A program made the translations under genes and the position numbers. The notes beneath the pieces are model-generated. The model saw only the letters and a list, made by a program, of their open reading frames with translations, had not been told where the DNA came from and did not search any database. Below, one piece after another: positions 16,439 to 28,284 of a stretch of 52,166 nucleotides of DNA. Numbering within the stretch: position 1 is the first letter of the stretch; each line of letters starts with the position of its first letter. This DNA is from Eledone cirrhosa (taxonomy: Eukaryota), in the NCBI GenBank assembly GCA_964016885.1, contig CAXHJY010001156.1, forward strand, positions 1 through 52,166, given 5' to 3'.

Positions 16439-17860
16439 TGTACTCAGGCCTGGAGAGTTATGGGCTTCGCCAGGCTTAAAATGCCCCCAAAATGCCGTAT
16501 ATCAATACGGCACCTCTACTACTCTCGGGAGTTACGGCAACATACCATACGTATAACGTATATTGAAACAATACATAAACAGATAGTACGTATGTCGAAT
16601 TTGAACGTGTACCGATACGACACGTATGTCGAGTCGAGGTATTAGATATACAGATATATAGGAACACGACTTGTACCTAAACAGCGACAGAACTCATATT
16701 CAGACATTAGGTTATATAGCAAGATTACTGCTATCTCAGAATACATCACTTATACAACGAATTAGATGGCAACGTTGGTGATTGAATTGTGTTGATAAAA
16801 TAGAAGAAACCAAATAAATGTTACCCCGAAAAAGAAAAATATCAAAAAACAATCTGCTAAAGTAGTGAAGAAGTGAAGCTATCAGGCTCCGACAATAGCG
16901 AGAGATTTCAACATAAAATGTACTTTAGAGAGAAAACAAATTATATTTACGTTCACAATATTGTATCCTATCCTTTGCATCAGTTTGTGGGAAATTAAAT
17001 TGTCTTGAAGTATTTAAATGTATAAAGTAAACTGGATGATAATAAACAAACCAAAGTAACTTTTTTATCTACATACAAAAGAGATGTATTAGAGTGTTTA
17101 AAATCAAATCTAATTTAACAACGATCAACACAGACTTTGTTAAGCTATCTTATTTAGATCACTGCGATTTTCTCACTTCAATTATTTCTAGCGATAAAGT
17201 AAACGATGTGAATTTGTCTATCACGACATTGTCGACAATTATAGATATTTACCGATTCTCTTCTTGCCAGTGATATCGAGAAAATTATCAAAGATGAAGG
17301 TTAAGACTGACAAATACAGACAACGGGAGACCATTTTCCTATCTTACCATATGCTGAGAATGAATAGTCTCTCTAAAACCATTATCTTAATGGCCGTAGA
17401 AAGACTAGAAATATTTAGTTAAAATTACATTAAATGCATTCCTCGTTGCCATCCTTATCTAAGACACCACCGCCACAGTCGAGTTGATCTAGTTATTGAG
17501 TTGATTGTGGTTGTGGCAAAATCAGAAACACATAAACAAACACAGACATCACAGTTAGCTAGACATTAGAACTGTGTTTTGGGACCACGTGATAAAGCTC
17601 ACCATAAAGTCTAAGCACTGAAAGCAGGAATCATTTGCTGTTGACTGCAAGAATTCCTTCACGAGTAATGAACAATTTTGATATGGTATGGTCCTATAAA
17701 TCCTGATGGAGTCATAAAGACGCCATTTTGATATACAATGTCTATGATTATGGGGTTTCTTGGACGATTTGAACCCAGGGGAGAGCATCCCCCTCCAGGC
17801 TTCAGTACCGCAGATATCTTCCACAGAGGTATAGATAGTAAGAGAAAGAGAGAGAGAGAG

Positions 17861-18010
17861 AATCGACCCCGCATAGATTGGTACATTTTTAACGACCTCG
17901 AATGGATGAAATGCTAAGGTGACCTCGGTGGGATTTGAACTCAGAGAGTCGGAACGAACCCCACAAAGCATTCTATCCGACGTTCTAAGTACTCTGTCCA
18001 ATCCGTCGCC
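17861..18010 (-). mobile_element. Main SINE, diverged 5' two-thirds
   Basis: Reverse complement carries a GGCGACGGATTGGACAGAGT head, GAGTTCAAATCCCACCGAGGTCACC and core to GGGGTCGATT. Confidence 0.8.
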
Positions 18011-18504
18011 GGTACATAAAAATATATAGACAGATTTGTATTAAATACGTCCAACAAATATTTCATATTACATTTCCTATGTCATAATTCCCTGTAAAAC
18101 TACAATTATTATAATATAAATAGCGTTGTTGTTTGTTTGCGTTTACACTAAACAACATTATACATTAATTTTCAATACTTAAGATTTATTTGTCTCTATT
18201 TCGGAAGAACAAATTTTTTTATAATTTTTAGCTTTGCTTCTTTCTTCTTTCATACAAAAATATATACAAGAAAACAGCTTCTGAAACCGATAATTATCAA
18301 TTTATTAATATTTGTCTGAGAACAAAAATTAGAACAACATACAAAAATAGCTCTAACAAGACATTGTAAATGTAAAAATATCAATCTTTGAATTACATTT
18401 AATTAAGAAATATTACTGAATTAATTTTTACAAAGACTTGTCTACTTTAACATAGTCCTCATCTAAATTCTTTTGAACTTATCGGATTCTGCTATATTTC
18501 CATA

Positions 18505-18645
18505 AATTTTACAATAGTTCTAAAATACTCCAATAATTCTACAATACTCCACTTTTCCTACAAATTCTCCAAAAGTACTACACATTCTCTAAAGTTTCTA
18601 CAAATTCCTCTATATTTTTTATAAATTCTATAATACTATGAGTTT
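18505..18645. repeat. Highly degenerate ~19-20 bp minisatellite (TTCTACAAATTCTCC-like)
   Basis: Recurrent CTACAA(A/T)..CTCC words. Confidence 0.5.
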
Positions 18646-18671
18646 CCTGTAAAGAAACAAGAGTTCAAACG

Positions 18672-18770
18672 TATGCTGGATTTCACAGCTCCAGCATCAC
18701 TCAACCCAGTCCAGGAATCGAACCGACGACATTATGATTGTAAGCCCAACAGCCTTACCACAAGGCCACT
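18672..18770 (-). mobile_element. tRNA-derived SINE head (different family)
   Basis: Minus strand A-box TGGCCTTGTGG (18758-18768) and B-box GGTTCGATTCC (18714-18724) at tRNA-like spacing; no clean cloverleaf. Confidence 0.65.
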
Positions 18771-18786
18771 ATAAAATAAGAGTCAA

Positions 18787-19172
18787 TTCTTCTTATCTTC
18801 TTCTACATCACCCATTTATTCCTGAGAGGGTCGTGGAAGCAGAGTACTCAACCACTCCTTCCAGCAGGCCCTGTCAGAAACGACCGTCTCTAACTGATCC
18901 GGTTGGATCCCCAAAGCCTGTCTATCCAATCTCATGGGTGTTATCCAACCATCTTGCTCGGGGTCTACCCCTGGGTCTCCTGCTGGCGGGTTTTGCCCGT
19001 AAAATCTATTCAGCCATTCTTTCCTGAGACATTCTAACCACATGCCTATAGTATCGGAGCTGTGAGCTCTCAATTCAGAGAGGTAGCAGCTCTACCTGGA
19101 GTGACACTCAGATCTCCGAGACATGTACTTTATCCAGTAACGTTACTACAAAGACCCTTCGGGGGAATCCCA
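18787..19172 (-). mobile_element. 5'-truncated RTE-clade LINE (Expander/Rex3-like ORF C-terminus plus GAA-rich tail), decayed
   Basis: With stops and one frameshift it reads GFPRRVFVVTLLDKVHVSEI*VSLQVELLPL*IESSQLRYYRHVVRMSQERMAE*ILRAKPASRRPRGRPRARWLDN / MRLDRQALGIQPDQLETVVSDRACWKEWLSTLLPRPSQE*. These are the canonical RTE 'LRW.GHV.RM' and 'R.RGRP..RW.D' motifs. Confidence 0.9.
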
Positions 19173-19270
19173 ATTGAATAGGTCGACCAAATTAATTCTA
19201 GAAACGGAATAAAATTAGACAGAAGCGCCGCTTCCACTCTTATTTTATCCCATTATTTGGATTGGCATAA

Positions 19271-19458
19271 CGGTGGATTGGCAGTATCGGTCGAGGGTCG
19301 GACGCCATGCTTTCCAGCATAGTTACGTCCCTTTACGATCTGAGTACAAATCCCGCTGAGGTTGACTTTGCCTTTCATCCTTACGGGGTCGATAAAATAA
19401 AGTACCAGTAATGCACTGGGTTATTGCTAGCCTTGTGCCAAATATAGAAACAATTATT
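19271..19458 (+). mobile_element. Near-full-length main SINE (deletion subfamily)
   Basis: A-box TGGCAGTATCGG, B-box-like GAGTACAAATCC, core and AGAAACAATTATT end; about 95% identical to 51028-51218. Confidence 0.92.
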
Positions 19459-19812
19459 TTTCCATCAAATAACTATTATTATAGTCACATGCTTTGAGAC
19501 GACTATATTTGAAGATTATTAAAATAATAGTATTTGCATATTTCGCATACGTTCTCCGAGATCAACGTATATATTAAAAAGTTAACCAATTGTTTACCAG
19601 ATGCCATCAAAACAATGGCATCATATTAATAATATATAATTCTGAAATTTGCATTTATATGAAATTTCGATATACAAATTTTTTTATCAAATTTATTCGA
19701 TCAGAAACAAAAATGCATTCTTCAAACTATGTTCACAATCTATTGACCTCTAGATTGGTTATAGTCAATAATTTTCTTGTCATGGTTACTCGTTTATTAT
19801 TTTCATTGTAAG

Positions 19813-19899
19813 ATATATATATATATATATGTATATATGTTGTGACGTTTCTATATGTATGTATGTATAATTCTATATATATGTATATGTTATGACGTT

Positions 19900-19934
<35 letters not shown>

Positions 19935-20177
19935 ATATGTTGTGACGTTTATATATGTATATATATATCTATGTATGTATGTATATGTTATGACGTTTAT
20001 ATATGTATATCTATGTATGTATATGTTATGACGTTTATATATGTATATATATGTATGTATATATGTTGTGACGTTTATATATGTATATAAATATATGTAT
20101 GTATATATGTTGTGACGTTTATATATTCTATATATATATATATTCTCTATATATATATATATTCTCTATATATATAT

Positions 20178-20212
<35 letters not shown>
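19813..20212. repeat. (TA)n array carrying seven GTT(G/A)TGACGTTT words
   Basis: Copies at ~19839, 19889, 19939, 19987, 20025, 20065 and 20109. Confidence 0.93.
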
Positions 20213-20217
<5 letters not shown>

Positions 20218-20368
20218 TTCAGAAAAATAGAACATAGTTCTTAGCTCTACGAGCAAATTAGAAAGAAAGATGTTTTAAAGAACAACACTTAAGATATTTT
20301 TCTATTAATATTTTATAGAAATTGCAAATGAAAAATTATTCAAACTGATAGGAAAAGAAGTTGCTTCG

Positions 20369-20416
<48 letters not shown>

Positions 20417-20552
20417 GCACATGTGTAGAACAAACTGATAGGAAGAGAAGTTGCTTTAGTAATTTCAAATATTCATTTCTCAGGTAATTCTAAGAATGTA
20501 GAATTGACATGCAATGGAACAAACATCTGATGTTAATCTTTTTGGCTTTGTT

Positions 20553-20757
20553 ACATATATATATATGTGTGTGTGTGTATATATATATATATATAAATAT
20601 GTATGTATATATATGTCTGTGTGTGTATAAATAAATATGTGTGTGTGTATATATATATAAATATGTATGTATATATATGTCTGTGTGTGTATATATATAT
20701 ATATAAATATGTATGTATATATATGCCTGTGTGTATATATATATGTATATATATGTA

Positions 20758-20823
<66 letters not shown>

Positions 20824-20997
20824 TGTATGTATATATGTCTGTGTGTATATATATATAAATATGTATGTATATATGTGTATGTATGTATATATGTGTATGT
20901 ATGTATATATGTGTGTGTATATATATATATATAAATATGTATGTATATATGTGTGTGTGTATATATATATATATATAAATATGGATGTATATATATA

Positions 20998-21029
<32 letters not shown>

Positions 21030-21047
21030 GATATATACATACGCGCG

Positions 21048-21095
<48 letters not shown>

Positions 21096-21323
21096 TAGAT
21101 AGGCACACATATATATTTACACATATGTATACATAATATACATACATATACGTACATGTATATACATAAATATACATACATTTAGAAATATACACATGCG
21201 GTAAATCACACACACCTCTTTATGTATATATATGTATATATATATATAATTATAGGCATACATACAAACATATTATATATACACAATTATAAGCTTACAA
21301 ACATTATATATATATATAGACAC

Positions 21324-21368
<45 letters not shown>

Positions 21369-21370
21369 TG

Positions 21371-21402
<32 letters not shown>

Positions 21403-21457
21403 TGTATATATATATATATATATATATAGACACATATATATATATATATATAGACAC

Positions 21458-21498
<41 letters not shown>

Positions 21499-21599
21499 TG
21501 TATATATATATATATATATATATACAGACACGTGTATATATATATATATATATATACAGACACATGTGTGTATATATATATATATATATATACAGACAC

Positions 21600-21630
<31 letters not shown>

Positions 21631-21659
21631 GACACATGTGTATATATATATATAGACAC

Positions 21660-21746
<87 letters not shown>

Positions 21747-22143
21747 CACATGTGTATATATATATATATATATACAGACACATGTGTATATATATATATA
21801 TATACAGACACATGTGTATATATATATATATATATACATATATACAGACACATGTGTATATATATATATATATATACAGACACATGTGTATATATATATA
21901 TATATATACAGACACATGTGTATATATATATATATATACAGACACGTGTGTATATATATATATACAGACACGTGTGTATATATATATATACAGACACGTG
22001 TGTATATATATATATATATACATACACGTGTATATATATATATATATGTGTGTATATATATATATACAGACACATGTGTATATATATATATAGAGAGAGA
22101 GAGACACATATATATATATACAGACAAATGTATATATATATAA
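20553..22143. repeat. Compound TA/TG microsatellite; right part has unit (TA)n-CAGACACATGTG
   Basis: Directly visible. Confidence 0.95.
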
Positions 22144-22422
22144 TAGATACTGTATTCATTAAAATTACTACAAAACATTCACAGCCCCTTATCTCTACTT
22201 ACAGAGTATTGAGCAAAACGATATTGTCTCAAACTTACAAATGTATTGTCGAATTAATACTTAGAAGCTGAATATCGTTTCTATATGAATTTTTATTTCT
22301 ATAAGATAAACAAAACGAATATCTGATATTCATAAAAGACGTAAAATATGTATATTGTCTGACAAAAAGAAACTAACTTTTGCAGAATCAGATAAAAATG
22401 TTGTCTATTCTGGTTTAATACT

Positions 22423-22612
22423 GGTTCTTTATAGAGCGTTTTAGAGTTCGAATTTTAGTGAAAAATACAGGTTCTTTATAGCTGGTTTTAATATTCGAAT
22501 TTTATTAAAAAATACTCGTTCTTCATAGGGCGTTTTAAAGTTTGAATTTTAGTAAAAAGATATTGGTTCTTTATAGCTGGTTTTATTGTCCGAATTTTAT
22601 TAAAACATAATG
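22423..22612. repeat. 47-bp minisatellite, 4 copies in alternating A/B variants
   Basis: Unit GGTTCTTTATAG....TTTTA....TCGAATTTTA.T.AAAA.TA..; copies 1 and 3 have G(A/G)GCG and TTTTAGT, copies 2 and 4 have GCTGG and TTTTATT. Confidence 0.85.
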
Positions 22613-22712
22613 GTTTCTCATATAGGTTTAAGGAGGTGAGGAAAGTCAATTAAATCAACCCCGGTGCATTACTGGTACTTTATTTCATTGACCCAGTAAG
22701 GATGAAAGGTAA
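22610..22712 (-). mobile_element. Main SINE 3' fragment
   Basis: AAAGTCAATTAAATCAACCCCGGTGCATTACTGGTACTTTATTT..GTAAGGATGAAAGG on the + strand. Confidence 0.8.
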
Positions 22713-24203
22713 TAATGAGGTGTATCCGTGGGATTGATTTGTCTTTTCTTAAATTGACTAATTTGAAATACATGTTCGTTTTCAGAAGGAAGTTTCTGTC
22801 AAAACATCCATGGAAGATAAATTCGAAGATTAATTTGATTAACAATTAAATTGAGGTTTACAGCACGACCATTCTTTGGATCGCTGGCTTAGGCTGACCT
22901 CAGCCTCACCGATGTTTTGTGATTGGGAAATAATACTTCTCTATCCAGGAATCGATACCTTATGTTAGTCCCGGCAGCTCTGAACCTTGCCTAATCCTCT
23001 GTTGTTAGAAACCATCTAATCGTATTGTTAATAGGAACCACATTTGATACATCAGAAAATTGATTGATTGATCAGTTGTTATCTTATTTCATCTTTTTGT
23101 TTTGTTTTATTTCTGTTTTAATAAATAATATACTGTAAAACATTCAGAAATTGAACACCCATTATTCCAGTCTCCCATGTCTGTTGCAAACCTACAAAAG
23201 ACAGCAGCCATTTTTTTTCTAAAACATTTTTCAGTTTGTATCCTTCATTATATATAGAAACAAATGAAGTTATTCTTTTAGAATTGAACTTCTTAGTTTC
23301 GACTAAACGGCAGCGAACAAAACATGAAAAGAATAAATAAAACCGATGAACTCGTCTGATATGGTTATTGAAAATTCATTGAAAAAATTTAATCTTTTCG
23401 ATTCCAGTTTAGCAATTGATGTAATATTCGATTGTTTTCGACACAACGAGACACAATCCGCGCTATTAGTAATTGAAACCTTACTTTCAATGATAGAGAA
23501 ATGAATAAATAATTTCATCCCAATTCTCTATCATTTATTAACAGCTCTGATATAGATGTAATATGTTGCAAGGGAGCGATAAACATGATTTAAAAAAGTA
23601 TTTTTCCCCCCTTTCAAAAATATTTGAAAAAAAACAAAAAAAGAAAAAAAATTATTACAAGTCTTTATTTTTTTCGTTCTTTCATTTAATTTAACTTCTA
23701 TTTTTATATTATATATTTAGCAATAAAAATAACACAAAATCCCCTACAAATATGTCGAACATAATATAGCATGCATTAACTATTATTTTTTCTTTTTTCT
23801 TTTGTACATGTTTTATTTCTTCTATTTTCACATTGTGACTTCTTTTTATAAATTTATTGCCAAGCATTTTGATCGTTAAAATATTAATGTTTTCTTCAAA
23901 GAATCAAATGCAAAAAAAAAAAAAAAAAAAAAAAAAAGTAATAATAATAATAAGCAAAAAAATAAAGAAATAGAAAAAAAAAGACTATGCTATTAATATA
24001 AAATATGCATTGGGTGAAAACACATCCATTCTTATCTCTGATACTTCGCAATAATAAAATCCGGCTATTAATGGGTCTATTAAAAAGTTTTGAAGAACTG
24101 CAAGAATTGATGACTTTTGAAATAGGCAACACTAGATATGTATATTTACTTCCACTTGATTGCTTACACCAAAATATGGTAATCAGAAATAGGATGTAGC
24201 TTA

Positions 24204-24422
24204 TGTTGCTGTTGTTGTAGTTGTTTTTCTTGTCATTGTAGTTGTTGTAGGTGTTGTTCTTACTGTTATTGGTGTAGTTGTTGTTGGTGTTGTTCTTACT
24301 GTTATTGATGTAGTTGTTGTTGTTGTTGTTAGTCTTACTGTTACTGCTGTAGTAGTAGTAGTAGTAGTTGTTGTTGTTGCTGTTCTTACTGTGGTTGTTG
24401 TTATTACTGTTGTTGTTGTTGT
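24204..24422. repeat. Degenerate (GTT)n/(GTA)n
   Basis: Directly visible; may be the expanded (AAC)n tail of a decayed minus-strand retroelement at ~24422-24490. Confidence 0.9.
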
Positions 24423-24671
24423 TTAGTCCCAGATTAGAATTGTATGAGGAGGCCAGTGATGGAAACCGTTCCAGCCGTGACGCACCAACATTTCAAGGTT
24501 GTATATCAAGTGCTACATTTTTCAATGTGTGTTTTAAAGTAGTAGTAGTAGTAGTATCAGTAGTAGTATTAGTAATTATGATATATATTACTATCCAACG
24601 GAAACAAATATATACATATATATTATGTGTATATCATCCTCTGTATAATTCTCTCTCGAGGGAACAAGAAA

Positions 24672-24707
<36 letters not shown>

Positions 24708-24723
24708 AGGTGTGTGTGTGTGT

Positions 24724-24956
24724 GTGGTTAGAATGTCTCAGGAAAGAATCGCTGGACAGATTTAACAAGCAAGAGACCCATGGGACGACCGGGAGCAAGA
24801 TGGTTGGATAGCATCCATAAGATTTGCTGGCCTCGCTTGGGGATCTAGTAGGATCAGTTAGAGACGGTTGCTTCTGACAGGACCCGCTGGAAGGAGTGTT
24901 TGAGGACTCTACCTTCATGACCCTCTCAGGAATAATTGGGCGAAGTAGATGAAGAG
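24724..24956 (+). mobile_element. RTE LINE 3' fragment (same family as 18787-19172)
   Basis: GTGGTTAGAATGTCTCAGGAAAGAAT...GACCCTCTCAGGAATAATTGGGCGAAGTAGATGAAGA aligns with the 18.8-19.1 kb copy. Confidence 0.9.
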
Positions 24957-25551
24957 ATAGAGAGAATGATATTTATAGAGAGAAATATATATAGAAAGAT
25001 GGAGAAAGAAAACACACCAGGTGATGAGGATGCAAATGAAAGACAGTTATATTCGATGGGTTTAGAAACTCAGAGAGGGAAGAGCGGGAACAAATACCAC
25101 AAGGTACAGGGAAGCCACAAAAACACTCCAATATTGTAAGAATATTCATTAAAGTTTTCATATTATAAATATTTGAAATGAAGGACTGTTTTCTTTTTTT
25201 TTTTGGGTCACCCTGTACTCTAACGATTATTCCAACCACTCTTCTAATTCACCACATTCCATAATTATTACTGGGGTATCTTTTGAGAAAAGTTTGAAAC
25301 ACGAGTTAATATCTTCGTGGAAACGGGTAACCAATTATGAAAAGTGGCAGTAGTGAGCACGAAGAAATCAATCATTTAAAACTAACTCTTCCGATAGTTT
25401 GAATAATATATTTTCTAGAACGAACAGTAAATCATCCCAACTTTTACAGTATGCACAAATCGTGACTATTCCGATAGACACGTGTAACGTGTTTGCTATT
25501 AATAGAGGAGTTAGTTATTAGCTTGCATGCAACAAAGGGGTTATTATAATG

Positions 25552-25556
25552 TAGTG

Positions 25557-25597
<41 letters not shown>

Positions 25598-25617
25598 TGT
25601 ATATATATCATATAGTG

Positions 25618-25656
<39 letters not shown>

Positions 25657-26002
25657 ATATAGTGTATATATATCATATAGTGTATATGTATATATATATA
25701 TATATAATATAATATAGTGTATATATATCATATAGTGTATATATATATGTATATATATATATAATATAGTGTATATATATATATATAATATAATATAGTG
25801 TATATATATCATATAGTGTATATATATATGTATATATATATATAATATAGTGTATATATATCATATAGTGTGTATATATATATAATATAGTGTGTATATA
25901 TATATATGTAGAGAGAGTGTGTATATATATATATATTTATATATATAATATAGAGTATATATATATATGTATATATATATATATTTATATATATAATATA
26001 GA

Positions 26003-26044
<42 letters not shown>

Positions 26045-26089
26045 CTATACATATATGTATATATATCTCTATGTATATATATATCTATG

Positions 26090-26120
<31 letters not shown>
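25552..26120. repeat. (TA)n array with AGTG/TCAT interruptions
   Basis: Directly visible. Confidence 0.93.
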
Positions 26121-26124
<4 letters not shown>

Positions 26125-26216
26125 GTGGAACACTGGAAGGTAATATCCGTAGTGGTAGAGCACTCAGTCCATGGGACGAGTTAGGTAGAAGTGGTTACAC
26201 ATCAGTTAGTTCACCA

Positions 26217-26259
26217 TACTGAGAACAATTGTTTCACCTTAGCGGATCCTCAGCACGTA
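26217..26259 (-). ncRNA. Minimal type I hammerhead ribozyme-like motif
   Basis: Minus strand: TACGTG-CTGAGGA-T-CC-GCTAA-GG-T-GAAA-C-AATT-G-TT-CTCAGTA. Canonical CUGANGA and GAAA, palindromic loop 3 (AATT), GUU triplet, imperfect stems I and II. Lies in a ~144-bp island (26121-26264) between (TA)n tracts. Confidence 0.55.
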
Positions 26260-26261
26260 AT

Positions 26262-26301
<40 letters not shown>

Positions 26302-27088
26302 ATGTGTTCGTATATATATATAAACTACATTAAGTTATCTCAGAAACTTATTCCTTATAGATTGAATTTTGTTCTATCATTGCAACTTAATTGTTCCATC
26401 TATCGTAGGTAAATATCGACAGTATATAATGAGAAGAAAGGGGAAAAGGGGAAAAAAATAGTTATTTCCCTTTGCAAATCATCACGTTTTATGAGATACG
26501 ATCAATTTTTTTTTTTCTAGAAGAGGCAATCTCGCACATAATGATTACGTAGATCTCTACAACTGTGTAAATAATGGCATTGTTATAGGAGAAATAATAT
26601 TGTGTGTGTTCGTAGATGGAGATGTTTGGGGATATTTAAGTGGCTAATCTATTGAGCTACTACAAGATGTGTCACAAGGTTTTATCCGTTCTAGCAATTT
26701 TCATTTTGTATCTCTCAACTCTCTACCAAACCTCTCTTATCTTCTTTAACACTAGAGATTCCCCAGAAACACTTTCAAACTATAAATTTCTTCTGTGGTT
26801 AAGATATTTATCAAAATATATTTCGTTCAAATAAAGTAAATATAGTTAATCTTCGTCGACATCTTCCTGAATGGGTGCGAACTTGTACTTTTATTCAACA
26901 AGTTTTAATAACTGTTGGCAATGGAATGGATCTCCATCAATTTCGACGATGAGCGTCCCAGCTGTCCTCGCAATGGTAAAACATGTACATAAAATTAACG
27001 TATATATGGCTGAATGATCCATAAATACGTATAAACTTAACGATAATCTCGGAGATTCAGCTCGACACCTTATGTAACAAGACTGGTA

Positions 27089-27297
27089 CGAAGGTCGGCT
27101 GAAATGTTCATACGCTGACCAAGATACTCTCATGGAATGACCAAATGAGGTTTATCTTTCATTATCTTTCAACATAGTCCCTGTAAAGAAGCAATGCAGT
27201 TATTCATATGAAGAGTTGAAATAAATGCATGAAAGATTTTACAGCTCTAGCACAGTCAGCTTCATAGTCAGCCTATCAACTTCTCAGCTTATCCTCG
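27089..27297. mobile_element. Mariner-type MITE, 209 bp, ~31-bp TIRs, TA target-site duplication
   Basis: TA|CGAAGGTCGGCTGAAATGTTCATACGCTGAC ... GTCAGCCTATCAACTTCTCAGCTTATCCTCG|TA; 23/31 TIR identity by hand. Confidence 0.85.
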
Positions 27298-27357
27298 TAG
27301 CTAGCAGCTAACACGAGATATTTATCTCATAAAACCACAGAATTATAATGTAATTAG

Positions 27358-27391
<34 letters not shown>

Positions 27392-28284
27392 AATGGAAAT
27401 AATTTTCATTCGGGAGAAATCATCAGACTTCCTGATATATATATATATGTATAAATATATATATATATATATATATCTTAAATATATATATCTCATAAAT
27501 ATGCGTTAAATATTAAAGATTTACAGATTTTAGAATAGATCAGATGTCCGACACGTTATAATGTGCAGATTACTTAAACACAATATTGGAAATTAATAGT
27601 TCGGAAATACCACACAGGTGTCAACATTCAACCGATTTTCCCTCTTAATTTCTCGGCAAATTATCATATGTAGGAAGTTGTAATATATATAAATCTCTTG
27701 AATAGTTCGACTATAATCAGAGCTCAGTTTATCTCGATTTATAAATGTTTTCATCTTCGTTATTTCTTTCTAAATGCCGCAAAGAATATATTAAGATATT
27801 AAGTAATTCTCTTGACATAATTATTTCCTGAGTTTCGAATTTGATAAGAATTACCTTCGGCAATAAATGTCTGAAACTCTCGACTTGCAATTACTGAAGT
27901 GACGTTTATGACTTCAAATTGCCCCATTTCGGTTATAAATTATCTACCAATTTCTCTTTGGCATGATGTCAACGTAACTTTCTCGTTTAGTAAACTAAAC
28001 ATACTAATAAATCCTGAAGCGTGAACTATGATTAAATAATACATTGTCGGAAGTTTAACTGAGTATTATAATACTAAATGAACCACACTGATTTGAATGG
28101 AAGTTATCCAACATTTGATATATTTGTGTAAACTTTTGAATACTAATATCTATGAAATATTTATTATATCAAAACAAAATGCCGTTTTGTCAGCGTATTA
28201 GTTTTATTAATAAGTTATTACAACAGGCCAAAACTTTGTTTACTAGAGTTTAGCTCTTAAAATGTGCATAATAAATATCAAAAT

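Noticed and set aside
16493-16512. TGCCGTAT-ATCA-ATACGGCA hairpin in a CpG-richer patch
   Set aside because: An 8-bp stem alone is within chance expectation; no Helitron-like CTRR end or second copy seen.
18672-18770. Possible tRNA gene (also 43450-43556, 50758-50830)
   Set aside because: A/B boxes are present but I cannot build acceptor and anticodon stems; better explained as SINE heads.
23303-23518. 71-aa minus ORF overlapping a ~52-aa plus ORF in unique sequence
   Set aside because: No recognisable motif or convincing splice sites; length expected by chance.
25190-25217. TTTTTGGGTCACCCTG|TA, a Tc1/mariner-like right terminus
   Set aside because: No matching left TIR found nearby.
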